A stretch of DNA of 64,000 nt from the human T2T-CHM13v2.0 reference genome, Homo sapiens. Shown one piece after another: positions 1 to 16,259 of the stretch. Both the position numbers and the translations under genes were made by a program. The stretch lies in the NCBI RefSeq assembly GCF_009914755.1, contig NC_060926.1, one strand, 5' to 3'. Within the stretch, counting starts at the first letter, position 1. Each line of letters begins with the position of its first letter. A model generated the notes under the pieces. The model worked only from the letters and a program-made list of their open reading frames with translations. It was not told the origin of the DNA and did no database searches.

Positions 1-2330
1 GCTGTATAGTATTTCATTATATGAATGCATCACATTTATTTATCTAGTCCCCAAGTGAGGGACATTTGTGTTGTTTCCAGTTTCTGATGAAACTAACACA
101 TTTGTTTTAAAATTACCATATTTGTGTGAATGTGGGTTTTTATCACACTTAGGTAAATGCTAAAATGTAGGGTTATTGAGCTATATGCTAAGTGTATGTT
201 TGACTTTATAAGGCATTGTTTTCTAGAGTGGCTGTGCCATTTTGCATTCTCTTCAGCTATGTATGAGAGTTTCTGTTGGTTTGCATCTCTGCTAGCACTT
301 GGCATTGTCAGTTTTTTTGTGTGTTTTCTTTTATAGGCATTCTAATAAATAAGTAATTGTAATTTTCATTTAAATAAAGTAAAAGATAATTTTATATTAT
401 CTTTTAAATATATTACTGGATTCAGATTTTTGAGGATCTTTTTTGTTTATGTTCATGAGAAATAGTGCATTGTAGTTTACTTTTCTTGTAATATTTTTTG
501 TTGATTTTGGTATCAAGGTAATCTTGGTTTCATAAAATGAGTTGGGAAATATATACCCCTCAGCCTCAGCTTCCTTTTCTGGAAGAAATTATGTGAAATT
601 AGTATTATTTCTTTGTTAAATATTTAGTAAAATTTACCATCTGGGATTAGAGTTTTTATTTTTGGAAGTTTTTAAATAAAATATTTAATTTTCTACTAGA
701 TGAAGACATAGACAATTTACTATTTAGTGAGTTTTGGTTATTTTACATTTTTCAAGGAAGTGGTCTATCACATTTAAGCTGTTTAAATCATGGGCATAGA
801 GTTGTTGGTACTATTAGTCTTTTAATATCTGTGGAGTCTGTGGGAGTACATGTCTTTCATTCCTTACATAGTTAATTTTTGTTTTCATTTATTTCAAAAT
901 ATTTTTCAAGTTCCCACTCTACTACTTGTTTGACTCATGGTTTATTTAATTTTCAAATATTTAGGTGCTTTACAGATTTTTTTCTGTTACTCGTGTTTGG
1001 AAAATATAATGTATAATATATACAAAATATAATTTGATTTTTTCTGAATTTGTTGAGGTGTTTTATGGTCTATGTTGGTGAATGTTCCATGTGCACTAGA
1101 GGAGAATATGCATTCTTCTACTAGTGGGCAAGAGTGTTCTACAAATGTCAATTAGGTCAAGTTGGTTGATAGTGTTGTTCATGCCTTCTGTGTCCTTACT
1201 GATTTTCTATCTACTTGCTCTCTCATGTCCATTACATTTACATACATTGGAACCTTTCTAGAAATGTTATAAAATTTGATTTCAAAAGTCATATATATTT
1301 TTATAAACTGAGAGGAGAAAAACATTAAATTATATTTATTCAGATACCCAAGCATTTCTTTTGCTTTATCCTCATTCTTAAGGTTACAAGTTTCCCTTTG
1401 TTATAATTTCCCTTAAGTCTTGTTTGGGTTTAAACTATTTTTCTGAACTTCTTGAATTTTTTCTGTAAATTTATATTTTTCACTGAACTTGGAGGAAGTT
1501 TTTCATCCACTATATCTTCAAATATTTTTCTTCACCAATCAGTTTTTCCCTTTACTTCATAGATGCCAATGACACCACTACTAGATTTTTTGAATCTTGT
1601 TATTATATTATCTACAGGCCCTAGAGGCTCTGGCCATTTTCATTTTCAATCTTTTCTCTCTGTTATTTAGACTAGATAATTTTTATTGATCAATTTTTAA
1701 GTTTACTGACTTTTTCCTCTGTCATCTCTATTCCTTATTGAACCTGTCTAGGAAATTTTAAAATTTCAAGTGTTGTGTTGTATTTTTTACTTTTTAAATG
1801 TCCAGTTTTTCCCTTTTCTTTTTCCAGTAGTTTCTATTGCTCTGTTAAGAACGTCTTTATTTCCATTAATTTCAAGAGCGTTCACCTTTGCCTCATGGAG
1901 CATGGTTATCATAGCTACAATAAAGTCTTTTTTCCAACATCTGGATCATCTTAGATTTGACATTTGTTGATTGTTGTTTCAGTGGAAAACAGGTCCAATT
2001 TTTTTTTTATTATTTGTATGTTGAGCAATTTTGCATTGCATCTTCAAAGTTTTGAGTAATGTGTTGTGAGAGTCTGCATCTTGTTAAAATCTTCTGAAGT
2101 TTTTTTGTTTACTAATAAATCCAGTTGGGTTCAGACCATGAGTTCTATCTTGCCTTCCACTGGTGCTAGTTCGAATGTCAGTTCAGGGTTTAAAGTCTTT
2201 ATTGTTATCTGAAACAGTCAGGGATTAGTATAAGACTTTGGAGCTGATTCACAGACAATTCTTAAAGCTTTTGCTATGCTGCTTTGGATGTGTTCCATTC
2301 AGGCAGAGTTTGGGGGTACACCAGGGAATT
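1..2330 (-). mobile_element. Ancient degenerate L1 (L1M-type) fragments, ORF2/ORF1 region
   Basis: T-rich antisense L1 motifs, e.g. 'ggtatcaaggtaatcttggtttcataaaatgagttgggaa' and 'aaatgtcaattaggtcaagttggttgatagtgttgttca'. May resume after the pseudogene at about 4750-5370. Confidence 0.65.
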
Positions 2331-2344
2331 TTCTTCTTCACTTC

Positions 2345-4716
<2,372 letters not shown>

Positions 4717-7700
4717 TTCTCTCTCTCTCTCTCTTTTTTTTTTCTTTTTAAATAATTTTCTCTCTCAGAGTCTGTCTCTCAGGGTCCTCTTTTCCCAGTC
4801 CCTCTGGCCAGGAGTCTTCTAAGTTTTCCACACAGTTGCACAGTTCTGTGTTATTGGATATACCCGGGGGATGAAGTAATGAAAGAAAAGACTGAAAATA
4901 AAAATGGGAATTCCTTCCACAGTCTTTACACACAGAGGCCCCTAGAGGCCCATTTTCCTGGTTCCTCTGTCCAGAAAGATGGATTTCTAGGGCTTACATT
5001 CATGCTGCTGCCTCTACATGCACTGAAGCTGGTCAATGAAGCTGGCCTTGGGGCAGAGGGAGAGAAAAACACATTGGGATTTCACCTTCAACCTCCACTT
5101 TCCACCTCTCAGGGTCCCAGTTTCTTAGTACTCTGACAGAAAACCAGGGTTTTCTCAAAGTTTTTGCTGTCTGTTCCCATCACATTGTTCCCTGATTTGG
5201 CCCATCCTTAAGCCAAGACCAGATGATCTTGAAGGAAAATATCCTAGGAAACTCACTATTGGCATACTGGTCATTTTTTGAGTTTTGATGTCGCTCCTCA
5301 ACCTTCTTGCTATTATTTTGTTTCGGAATCATCCTCAGGTAAGTGTTTTAGTATTTTGTCCTGAATTTTTAATTGTAATGAGTGAAAGAGAAAGATTCTA
5401 GCAGGCTTACTTCATCTTGGCTGGCACCTGAAGTCCATCCATAGGATATATTTTTAAATTGTTCATGTACTTGGCCACAAAGAAAGTCTCTAAGAGTTGG
5501 TAACACACAAAACATGTTCTCTGAAAACATTGCAATAAAATTAGTAAAGAATGCCAAAATGTGCTTTTCCGAATATTTTATAGCTTAAAGCAGAAATCAG
5601 ATTGCAATTTATAAACTATTTAGATCTGAAAAACAAGAGAAGCACAACTGATAGACTACAACAAAAAGTATACTCACAGGAAAAATGTTAACCTTAAATG
5701 TCTGTACTAGGACAAAACAATTGGAAAATTATTAGCTAAATATTTAACTGAGCAATGTTTAAGTGAAGAAGTTAGAAAAATAGTAAATCTTAAGAAGGTA
5801 GAAAGAAGTAATAATAACAGAAATAAAGGAATTTAGAAAACCAAGCCACAATAGGGAGATTCAGCATAGAATAAAGTTTGTTTTTTAGAAAAGATAAAAA
5901 ACTTACACAAACCTCTAACAACATTAATCAAGAAAAACCAAAAATAGTCTACATTTTCATATTAAATTATTGAATAGTAAATTATGTATTAATAATATTT
6001 AATATAAAAATATAGATGTAATGGAATATTTCCTAGAGAATTAAACCTTATTAAAATCGATCCAGGAAGATATTTTAAAACTGAATACACTTACATCCAT
6101 TAGGGAAATGCAATCAGTTGGGAAAATAAAAAGGAGTCCTAGTTATTGACATGCTTTTATCAAACTATCAGGCAATACGTAACTATTAACTTTTAAATTT
6201 TTCTAGAGAACAGATAATGTGTTCCTGGTCAGACACTTACTAACTGTATTCCTAGGTAAATGCTTAACACTCTCACTGGCTTAATTAGGATAATGACCAG
6301 AGTACCTACCACATAGAACTGTGATGATTAAATGGCAAAAACAAAAGAGATATGCTAAGAGCACTGACTGACATATAGTAAGTGCAAAATAAGTGTTAGC
6401 TATTCTTTTCTTCTTATTATTATGGTACCAAAACCAGAAAAGGTTAGTGCTTAAAAGAAATTCTTTAGACCAGTATTACTTAATATAGATGTAAAGATAC
6501 TAAGTAACACATTAGCTAACTAGATTCAGCAAAATATTAAAAATGCATCATGGCCAAATAATATGTATTCTAGGATTTCAAGGATGACTTAATATTAAAA
6601 ATTTTGTTAATCTTAATATATTACTATGTTAACAGATTAAAAGAGAAAAAGTTTATGATTGATTCAGTAGATTCAGAAAACTCATGCAATAAATGCAGCA
6701 CCCATTTGTAATGAAAACTTTTCACAAACTGGGAAAAGGAAGGTACTTGCTCACTTACCAAAGTGTATCTAAACCTGTAGCAAATACTATTAATGGTGAA
6801 ACCTTACAAGATCTCCATTAAAGTAGGGAGCTATGCAAGAATTTTATAGGAGTTCGTAATTAATGCAGTAAGACAAGGATAACAAGTAAGAAGAATGAGA
6901 ATTGGCATGGGAGAAACTAAATTTCATTATTTGCATATGATGTAATTATGTATATATAAAATCTGAGATGGCTTATAAATGAATTATTGGCACTAATAAG
7001 AGGTCAGCATGTTCCTGGATATAGAATGAATATATAAAAATCATTGACATTCTTATTTATTCCCTATATGCTTAAACTGTTACAGAAACTAAGATCAAAT
7101 TCATAAGAGGTACAAAAACTAAAAGGTACCTGAATATTTACTGAAGGATATGAGAGAATGCCAAAAAACTGGATATTAATTGATGGGAAAAGTTAATACT
7201 GTTAGGAAATAAATTCTCCTCCAATTAATTTACAAACCCTATATAGTATCAGTTAAACTAACTCTAAAATTTCTTTGGAATGTGAAAGGATCAGGAATAT
7301 CTAAGCCTTTTTTTTAGTGAGAAAGGAGAAGACATTCTTTGCAGATATGAGGAGAAACTGTAAAAGTGTAAGTATTCAGCTGTCTTACTATTTGTACAGG
7401 CTAGACAAACCAACTAATGGAAAGGAACAAAGAACCCAGACAAAGACTTATGCATATGTAAGAACTCAGTTCAGGCATTATTAATTGGTTGTGAAATAAC
7501 AAAGTTTTAAATAAATGGTTCCAGGTAAAATTAATTATCCTTATTAAAAATTTGCAATTCATAACACATTAAAATAAATTCCAGATAGATTAAAGACCCC
7601 AATATGAGAAAAAATTTATAAAGATTTTGGAAGGAAATATAGGAGAATCACATATTTTAAAGAGGATGATAATAAGCACAAAAGTTTAAAGAAAATTATT

Positions 7701-8439
7701 GATAACCTTGACCTTATTAAAATGTAAGGCTCTGTAATACAGGAGACATTGAAGAAAGTTAATAAAAAATAATAATTGAAGAAAAGCAATTTATGACATT
7801 TGTAACAACAAAATATTGGTATCTTACTATAGTAAAAAAGTCTTCTGAAAATGAATATAAGCATAAGACAAATTACCTAACTGAAAATTGGGTAAATCAA
7901 ACAAACTGAAGATTCTATTTAAAAAAGAAGCTGGAAAGATAGACAGCTGAAAAGATCTTTAATCTGAATAGTTGAGGGAGCATGCTAATGGATTTGAAAA
8001 TGGAATACCATTTCACAGTCACCACTGGCAGACCTCTGACAACTAAAACGTCGACAATACTTAGCTTTTGGAGGTGTGGAGAAACAAGCTCTCATATGCT
8101 CTCAGTGGCTGTGTAAATGAGTCAACTACTTTGGAAAAACACTTAGATAATATCAAGGAAAGTGGACTGTGAGTATAGTAGATATCCCAGAAATTCCATT
8201 TCTAGGTGGATGCTCTACTGTTTTTTATGTGCATAAGAAAACATGTACAAGATTATTCCTTGTAGCACTGTTGTTAAAAGAAAAAAGTGGGATACCATCT
8301 AAATATTTATCAAGAAAGAAACAAGTAATTTATCATATATTTAGTAGACTACCATCTGGCAGTTAAATTAAATGAACTAGATCTACATGAATCATCTTTG
8401 GTACATTTTGAAACCATAAGGTTAAATTAAAAATTAATT

Positions 8440-8740
8440 GCCAGGCATGGTGGCTCACACCTGTAATCCCAGCACTTTAGGAGGCCAAGGCAGGTGGATC
8501 GCTTGAGCTTAGGAGTTCAAGACCAGCCTGGGCAACATGGCAAAACCCCATCTCTCCAAAAATTAGCTGGGCAGGGTGGCGCACCCCTGTAGTCCCAGCA
8601 ACTTGAAAGGCTGAGGTGGGAGGATCACTTCAGTCTGAGAGGGGGAGGTTGCAGTGAGCTGAGATTGCTCTACTACATTTCTGCCTGCGTGCCAGAGTAA
8701 GAGACTGTCTCAGATAAATAAATAAATAATAAATAAATAA
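8440..8740 (+). mobile_element. Alu (AluJ-like)
   Basis: Dimeric Alu with J-type 'ggatcgcttgagc..aggagttcaagaccagcctgggcaac' and a (TAAA)n tail. Confidence 0.93.
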
Positions 8741-8743
8741 TTG

Positions 8744-9196
<453 letters not shown>

Positions 9197-10289
9197 TTAA
9201 TCATGTCTGGAAACGGAGGGTGTCAGGTAGAAGGGAATGAGTAATTCAGGTAAAAGGACTAGAGAAGGAAGTGAGAGGGGTTTTCTCTGTATCTGTCATT
9301 TTTCTTTTTTTTTCCCAAAAGTTTCTGAAACAGTTAAAAATTTAACATTTTTTAGATCTGAGTGTTAGGTACAAACTTATTTTTAAGTGTTTGAAAGATT
9401 TCATAATAAAGAAGAAAAAATGTAAAAATTAATTAACAAAAGAAGATACAACCACTTTGTTTTCTGTGCTGAGTGATGCACAGCTGTATTGGCTGTAGTG
9501 TTGAGCAGCAGAGCTTCACATTTCTGCTGACTTTACATGTGAACTTGAGCTGAGCCTCACAGAGGGAATGTGTAAGCTAGAGAAGTCAAAGTCAAGAGGG
9601 AGAGAGGATACTGCTATGACTAATTATTATTATTATTTTAAGTAACCACAAGATTATCCACACAAACTCATGTAACTATGAGCCTTTTATAGAAATTGAC
9701 ATATTTTGCTATTATTTTTTATACTTCTTTTCTCCTCTGGAAAAGGGGGGAAAGTGCTGGCAAAGTAAAGTTTGGTGAAACTGCTGTTCTTTGTTTCCTT
9801 GAAAGCCATATGCTAGCATATAGTCATAGGGAATAGTGTTGCTTTCTCTTCCAGAATTAGTTTATCTGGTATAATTTAAGGTATATAACCCAGGGAACAT
9901 ATTGGTGCTGGATTTAAATCTTTGGATTTTTCTAGTTTCTCTGTATATGTTTGATTTTGAGAGTTTTAAAAATTTAGTGCTAAATTGCATTGACTAGTAC
10001 TACAGAATAAAATTGTAGTTTTTGCCAGGTAATCTCTTCCTCCCACCCCTAATACCACACATGCATACACACACAGTTTTTTTCCCATCAATTTTTGTTG
10101 CATTTTAAATAAAATTAAGGGATTATTTATAAAAATTAGGCACATATTAGCAATTCAGATCAATTTAAAAAGTTGAAATGGTTTTGTATGTCAACCTGAA
10201 GCAATGACTTTAAAAAGTAATATAATTTCATTATATGACAATATTAAATAATTCCTCTGGTTGTGAGAAGCAAAGTTAGGGTTAGCTGG

Positions 10290-10798
10290 TGCAGTGATTA
10301 ATTTTATGTGTCAACTTGGTTAGGCTATAGTGTCCCATTATGTGGTCAAACACCAATCTAGACATTTTTGTGAAGGTGGTTTTTAGATGTGATTGATAGC
10401 TAATTAATAGACTTTGGGTACAGCAGATTACCCTCCAAAATGTGGGTGGGCCTCATCCCATTAGTTGAGGCCTTAAGAACAAAGACAGTGATTTTCCAAA
10501 GAAGGAATTCTTCTCTATAATATAGAAATCCTGCCTGGGTTTCCAGCCTGTGGTCCTGTGGAACTTGGACTCAGGACTGCAACAGCAACTCTCATTCGAC
10601 TATACGTGCTGGCCTGGCCTATGTAGTTTGTACTTGCCAGCCCTCACAATTGCATGTTACAATTCCTTAAAATCAATCAATTTCTCTGCCTCTTTCTCTG
10701 CCTCTCTATCTCTATCTATAGACATGAATATATCTATAAAGATATCTAGATAGCTATTTATCCTATCTTATCTATCTATCATCTTTCTATCACCTATC

Positions 10799-10851
<53 letters not shown>

Positions 10852-10936
10852 ATCTAGATACATAGACACCTCTCTCAATCCCTTCCCCCTTCTTCATTTT
10901 ATTAGTTCAGTTTTTTTTCTAGAGAACCCTAATATA
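10290..10936 (+). mobile_element. MLT2-family (ERVL) solo LTR
   Basis: Starts 'tgcagtgattaattttatgtgtcaacttgg', ends 'ctagagaaccctaatata'; 5-bp TSD gctgg/gttgg. Confidence 0.85.
10801..10848. repeat. (TATC)12 microsatellite inside the MLT2 LTR
   Basis: Read directly; degenerate TATC units continue upstream. Confidence 0.95.
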
Positions 10937-11059
10937 GTTGGCTATTAGCCAGTTGAAATTAGTCATCATCAGTATTAGATTTTTCCAACTATTGTAACAT
11001 ATTCTAGGTATACAAACTTTTGCAAACACCTATGACAGTTTTTCTTCCCACAGGACAAA

Positions 11060-11428
11060 TGAGCTTATTTGGGAATATGCAGGGTGTTGCAATCTAGGAT
11101 ATGCAGCCTATGATGCATCATAGGTATACCCCTGGGGTAGGAACTTCTTCGTCTCATGTAAAGATGACTATGTAAGCAGCCTTGAAAAAAGGTGCATAGG
11201 TCACTGAAACTCATTATAGGAGTTGGTGTTTGTTCATGGGTAGAAACAACCTTGCCAGGTAAGTATTCTTGTGCAGATGGCTAATCTGGAACACTGGTCT
11301 TGAGGAATGCCATGTGATAAGTCCTGTTACAGTCATGTGTGCATAATAGCTCCTCCTTATGCTTCCTGCCTCCATTTTGTTAGGGTTTTGACATGAGTCA
11401 CTCCATTTTGATACTGGCAACTTTCACA
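11060..11428 (-). mobile_element. ERV1 LTR (MER67-like)
   Basis: Minus strand begins TGTGAAAGTTGCCAGTATCAAAATGGAGTGACTCATGTCAAAACCCT. Left boundary uncertain. Confidence 0.55.
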
Positions 11429-11429
11429 G

Positions 11430-11753
11430 GCTCAACTCTGAATACAACGAGGACAAGAGGGGATTTAGGGCCAAGGAGCAGAGTAAAGGGGTCAGTGGAT
11501 GAAAAAATTACTAAGAGGTGACATTAAAGTTAGGGAGATTCTTGTTGAATTGCCTTAACAGGATTCTTGGCAAAGGCAGGCTAAGATGATAAGATAGCAA
11601 GGATAGGGAATAAGGAATTTAACCAGATTTAGACGGCGATCAGGGTGGGAGGATGACAGCAGAATTTCTTGCTAAGACTGGGCTGGGAAGGCTTAGTTGA
11701 CAAGAGGCCTCAGAGAAGCCTGACTAAAGTTTGGTCAAGGAGAGTTTCTGTCA
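11430..11753 (-). mobile_element. MER31-like ERV1 LTR (partial)
   Basis: Minus strand begins TGACAGAAACTCTCCTTGACCAAACTTTAGTCAGGC; homologous to the copy at 62689-63144. Confidence 0.8.
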
Positions 11754-11977
11754 CATTTAATGGGTCTGAGATCTCAAATGCACGTCTTAATGCAACCTGT
11801 AACCCAGGTAACCATATTTAAGTGGACACTTCTGATTTTGATAAGGGTTAAATACTTATGAGGTCTCTGTTAGGCCTGCCCCATATCTTTTACACCTGCT
11901 TCTTTCCTGTAAAGGCCAAGAGGGAGATTGGGCATCAACACAGCCCTAGGGCTGCCCTGGCTTTATTTCAAGAGTTT

Positions 11978-12105
11978 ACAGCTATTCTGGAAGCTGAGGT
12001 AGGAGGAATGCTTGAGCCCAGGAGTTTGAGGCTTCAGTGAGTTATGATTATGCCACTGCACTCCAGCCAGAGTGAGAGATTGAGACCCTGTCTCACAGAA
12101 ACAAA
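11978..12105 (+). mobile_element. Old Alu monomer fragment (FRAM/AluJ right arm)
   Basis: 'gctgaggtaggaggaatgcttgagcccaggagtttgagg...ccactgcactccagcc'. Confidence 0.85.
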
Positions 12106-12250
12106 GAGTTTGAATTGCTGTAAGATTGGTGAACAGACCATCTCCATACGTGGTTGGGTCACATGCTCATTCAGCCCCACTCGGTGCTTCTGAACAAAGC
12201 TGCCCTTTCCACTCTTATCTCAGCCTCCTAGTATGAATGGCATCCCCTTC

Positions 12251-12325
12251 CCCTCTCTGCACACACCCTTTTCTGCACACTCCCCTCTCTGCACACTCCC
12301 CTCTCTGCACACACTCCTCTCTCTG
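12251..12325. repeat. 16-bp minisatellite, about 4.5 copies (approx. CCCTCTCTGCACACTC)
   Basis: TGCACAC recurs at 12258, 12274, 12290 and 12306. Confidence 0.9.
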
Positions 12326-12347
12326 TCCCATGCAGGCCCAGCGCCCC

Positions 12348-12477
12348 CCAATTAAGGGGCTATGCTCCCTGTTCATCCGGGCTTGCATCAGAACCATGTC
12401 TAGGACAGTTTTTTTAATGCCAAAAATAATTGAACTCCATTTACGGCACTGACTGGAAAACAGTTGCCCATATTTGG
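12348..12477. promoter_or_regulatory. Putative SRF (CArG) enhancer cluster
   Basis: CCAATTAAGG (12348-12357) and CCATATTTGG (12468-12477) are perfect CC(A/T)6GG; CCATTTACGG (12437-12446) has one mismatch; E-box CAGTTG at 12461-12466. Confidence 0.5.
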
Positions 12478-13094
12478 GATTCGAAGTACACAAGCAATTA
12501 CTAACGCCTAGACTGAATCCCTCTATGTGACCCTCTCCCTGTAGCTTTCCACCCTTCCATGACAAAGAGACAAGAGGAAGCCCTGTGTCCAGAAGGATGT
12601 CCTGGTGAAACAGCTGTAAGGAACAGGAACATGTAGTAGCATGTATAAGGCTGTTTTACAGAGTTGGAAGGGACAAGAAAACAGAAAAGTGAAGCGGAAA
12701 GTGAGTCCTTGGTATGCTGGCTATTAATCATCAACATAGTAAGAGAGAAACAATTTTCTAATTTCTGTAGGACCTGGACATAAAATAGTGTGGCTTCCAC
12801 ACATGGATAATTCAATCTGTGTGTACTGAAGTAGGAGTGAAAAAAAAGAAAGCTTTGAACCCACTGTAGGAAGAAGGAGGATGTTAACAACTCCACCCTT
12901 TCCTCTGCCTTGTGCTTAAATCTTTCTTTGTGTTCTATTGTGTGATCTGGACACTTGGGAGATAATTTTTTCTGGAAAGAGCAACTGGGCAACTAGAATG
13001 TTTGCAGAGGGGAGTTGAATAATTAAAAATTTTAAATGGCAGACACATGATTTACTTGGGTTTCCTACACACCCAGTTCTGCCAATAAATAGAT

Positions 13095-13175
13095 GAGATC
13101 AGTTTTTTCATCTGTGAAATAAAGGAGTTGGATGTCTTCACTAGATGATCTCTACAGTCTCTTACAGTTTAAAAA
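13095..13175. mobile_element. MIR fragment
   Basis: MIR core-like 'cagttttttcatctgtgaaataaaggagttgga...ctagatgatctcta'. Confidence 0.6.
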
Positions 13176-13544
13176 TTTTATGAAAAAGTAAAATGCAGAG
13201 AAAAAACAGTTAAGGTCTCTTACTCTCCTCTCAACCACAGGACAACCAGGTTTACAATTTGGTTTATTATTTCCATATGAAGAGTGGTTGTTACACAAAG
13301 AAAGAAAAGAAAGAGAATTTATTTTATAAACTAAATATACAAAGCACTACTGAAAATAGACTGTGGATACAGCCAGAAGTTTAATAACAGTACTTACCTG
13401 TAGTTTTAGCTTTTCAGAAATAAAGCGAAGTTCATATTAGTTAAAAGAGATCCTGGCAAAATATTTAATCTTAATAGGGGGAATATAAAAAGTTATTTTA
13501 AGTTGTATTTTCTGCCTGTACTATTTTTGAAAACTATTTTTTAT

Positions 13545-13640
13545 GAGCCTTATTTTTTCATCTTTAAAATCGGAATAACAATTTCCTAATTAGGTGCTTA
13601 TAAACATTAAATGAAGTATTATATGTGAAACTCCCTAATA
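13545..13640. mobile_element. MIR fragment
   Basis: 'gagccttattttttcatctttaaaatcggaataacaat...attaaatgaag'. Confidence 0.6.
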
Positions 13641-14504
13641 TATCCAATGCCGACTCTTAGCTTGCAAACATTCTCTTCCTTTCTTCTTTGGTATTGCTCA
13701 TCTTGATGATCTATTCATCAGTATTTCTCTGTTGCCAAGCTGGAAAGCTAGAGTGACCATAAATCAATGCTTTTCAAACTGTGGTGATATAATCAATTTA
13801 CGCAGACAGTATTTTAAAATAGAAACAATGGAATATAAAAAATTAGAGACCATTGCAAATACAACGGTACAAATTGCAATAATACTAAGCAAAGATATGT
13901 ATTATTTTGTAAAACTTTGTTGATTAGAGAGTATGTTTGTGTATGGGGAGGCTCAGGAGAGGGAAGGTCTTTTGATATAGAATGCATTTCTTTTTACAGT
14001 AAAAATGTCGTCTGAGAAACACTATCCTAAGATATGCTGTGTCTCTCCTATGTGCAATTGTTCTCCAGCTTATCAATTTTATCTTCTGAAGAAACTTCGG
14101 ATCTTTACCCCTTTCTATTTTCTGCCATTGCCTTAGTGTAAGCCTTAATAATTTTAGTTTCCTTGTCGTCAAAATTTTTCACACTCCAAACTGCTACTCG
14201 AGATCTTCCTAATAAAATTTATATCTAAACAGGTGAACCCTACAGACAGACGCTATTTTTAGAGTGAAGGGTCAGTGTTTAATAACCATTACATGTATTG
14301 GGGGTGTTTCAAATATACGGTTGTAAAATAAACTAATACCTCAGACACTTCTTGAGTTCCCCTCATGCCTTTCTCAGTTTCAAATTTTGTTCCAGCCTCA
14401 GCCTGTGGAACAGTTAGATCCTTGCAGAATTCTGTAACTCTCTGCAGTGACAATTACTCATCTCTAGTATGCATCCTTTGCTGACTGTCTAGCTGACTTA
14501 GTGC

Positions 14505-14710
14505 AGGGCAGTAGAGCAGAATCATCTTTTAAAACTGTAAGTCAGACCACTTCGCTCCTCAGTCTAAGCCCTTCGGTGGCTTCACTTGCTGGCTCCACTC
14601 CAAATCCACATCCTCACACTGGCCTACAGGTCCCCATATGATTGATTCCTCATGTCCTTATGTCTTATTTATCAGCTCACCCTTCTCTTTCCCTTGATCA
14701 CCGTTCCTCT
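14505..14710 (+). mobile_element. L2 fragment
   Basis: 'atcatctttttaaaactgtaagtcagaccacttcgctcctc...ccaaatccacatcctcacactggcctacagg'. Confidence 0.6.
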
Positions 14711-15234
14711 GTTGGAGATAATGCCTCTGTATTTTTATTATTATTGTTCTGGATTGAGACTTGAAAATGAACCCATGTCTGACTCAGGATGAGAATATTT
14801 GGGAAGGGAGAAGCTGAGTCTTGCTTACTTCTGTGATTTTTCACAGTCAATGGATGGGGTCAGGCCCACTTAGTGGGTTAGGATTCAGTCAACTGATTGA
14901 GTATGTGTTCAGCTGTCTGGGAGTGGGATAGGTGGTGTAAACGTATCCTCATGAGCATCCTCCCAAACCCATCTGATAACAAACTGATTCCTGCAAACCG
15001 CATACCTTATCAGATAGGACTCTGTTGTCAATAAAGTTAATGTAGAATAGTGGCTGAAGGCTGAAGAATAGAATAACAGCTAAGGGAAAAGTAAAGATAC
15101 AGAACTCAACAAGCAGTGAAATGTTTATTTACAACCCTGGGTTGGGGGTACATAATCTCATCAACTCAGATAATTAAATGTTATGAAAAAAGATCATAAT
15201 AACAATAACTGATCTGAGGTAACAAATATACTCC

Positions 15235-15613
15235 TGACTATGGTTAGAATGTTTGTGTCCCCTCCAAAAGTCATGTTGAAGCTTAATCCCCAATACAGCA
15301 GTATTAAGAGGTGTGGCCTTTAGGAGATGATTAGGTCATAAGGGCTCCACCCTCATGAATGGATTAATGTTTTTTAAAAGGGCTGAAGGGAACTAACTCA
15401 ATCCCTTTTCTGCCCTTTCATCCCTTCTGCCATGTGAGGAAGTAGTGTTCATGGCTCCATCTTGGAAGGAGAGACTGAGCCCTCACTAGACAACAAACCT
15501 GCTCATGCCTTGTTATTAAATTTCCCAGCCTTCAGAACTGCGAAAAATAAATTTCCATTATTTATAACATACCTGTTCTTAGGTATTTTCTTATAGCAGA
15601 TCAAATTAAAACA
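15235..15613 (+). mobile_element. MaLR LTR (MSTD/MLT1A-like)
   Basis: 'tatggttagaatgtttgtgtcccctccaaaagtcatgttgaa...aataaatttccattatttataa'. Confidence 0.85.
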
Positions 15614-15693
15614 TTCTTTTTGGTCAGGTAAGCATAAATACTTAAATTTAGGGAAAAAAAGTAAATATTTGATGAAGTAGAATAATCTCATAA

Positions 15694-16007
<314 letters not shown>

Positions 16008-16259
16008 CAATATTTTGGTTTTTAAACATTTAAAATAATCATGATAATGAGAATCTATACTGATTAAGATATATGAACTATTTGACAGAGTGTAAAAGAT
16101 CAGAAACACAGACATATTGGCTCTGTCAAAATTTTAATTTGAAATGTGTAGGAGAATTTTATTTGTATATTTAAGAAAAACTGATTTACATTTATATTTG
16201 GTTCATTCAATTTACGAAAGTTGCTTAAACACCTAGCAGTAATTTGCTAGTTAGGCATT

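Noticed and set aside
12215-12992. ORFs 12215-12565(-) and 12501-12992(-)
   Set aside because: No recognisable protein; the repeating ECxxRG comes from the minisatellite.
13392-13470. Perfect minus-strand donor CAG|GTAAGT with an upstream acceptor
   Set aside because: The implied exon has stops in all frames and no partner exon; compatible with chance.
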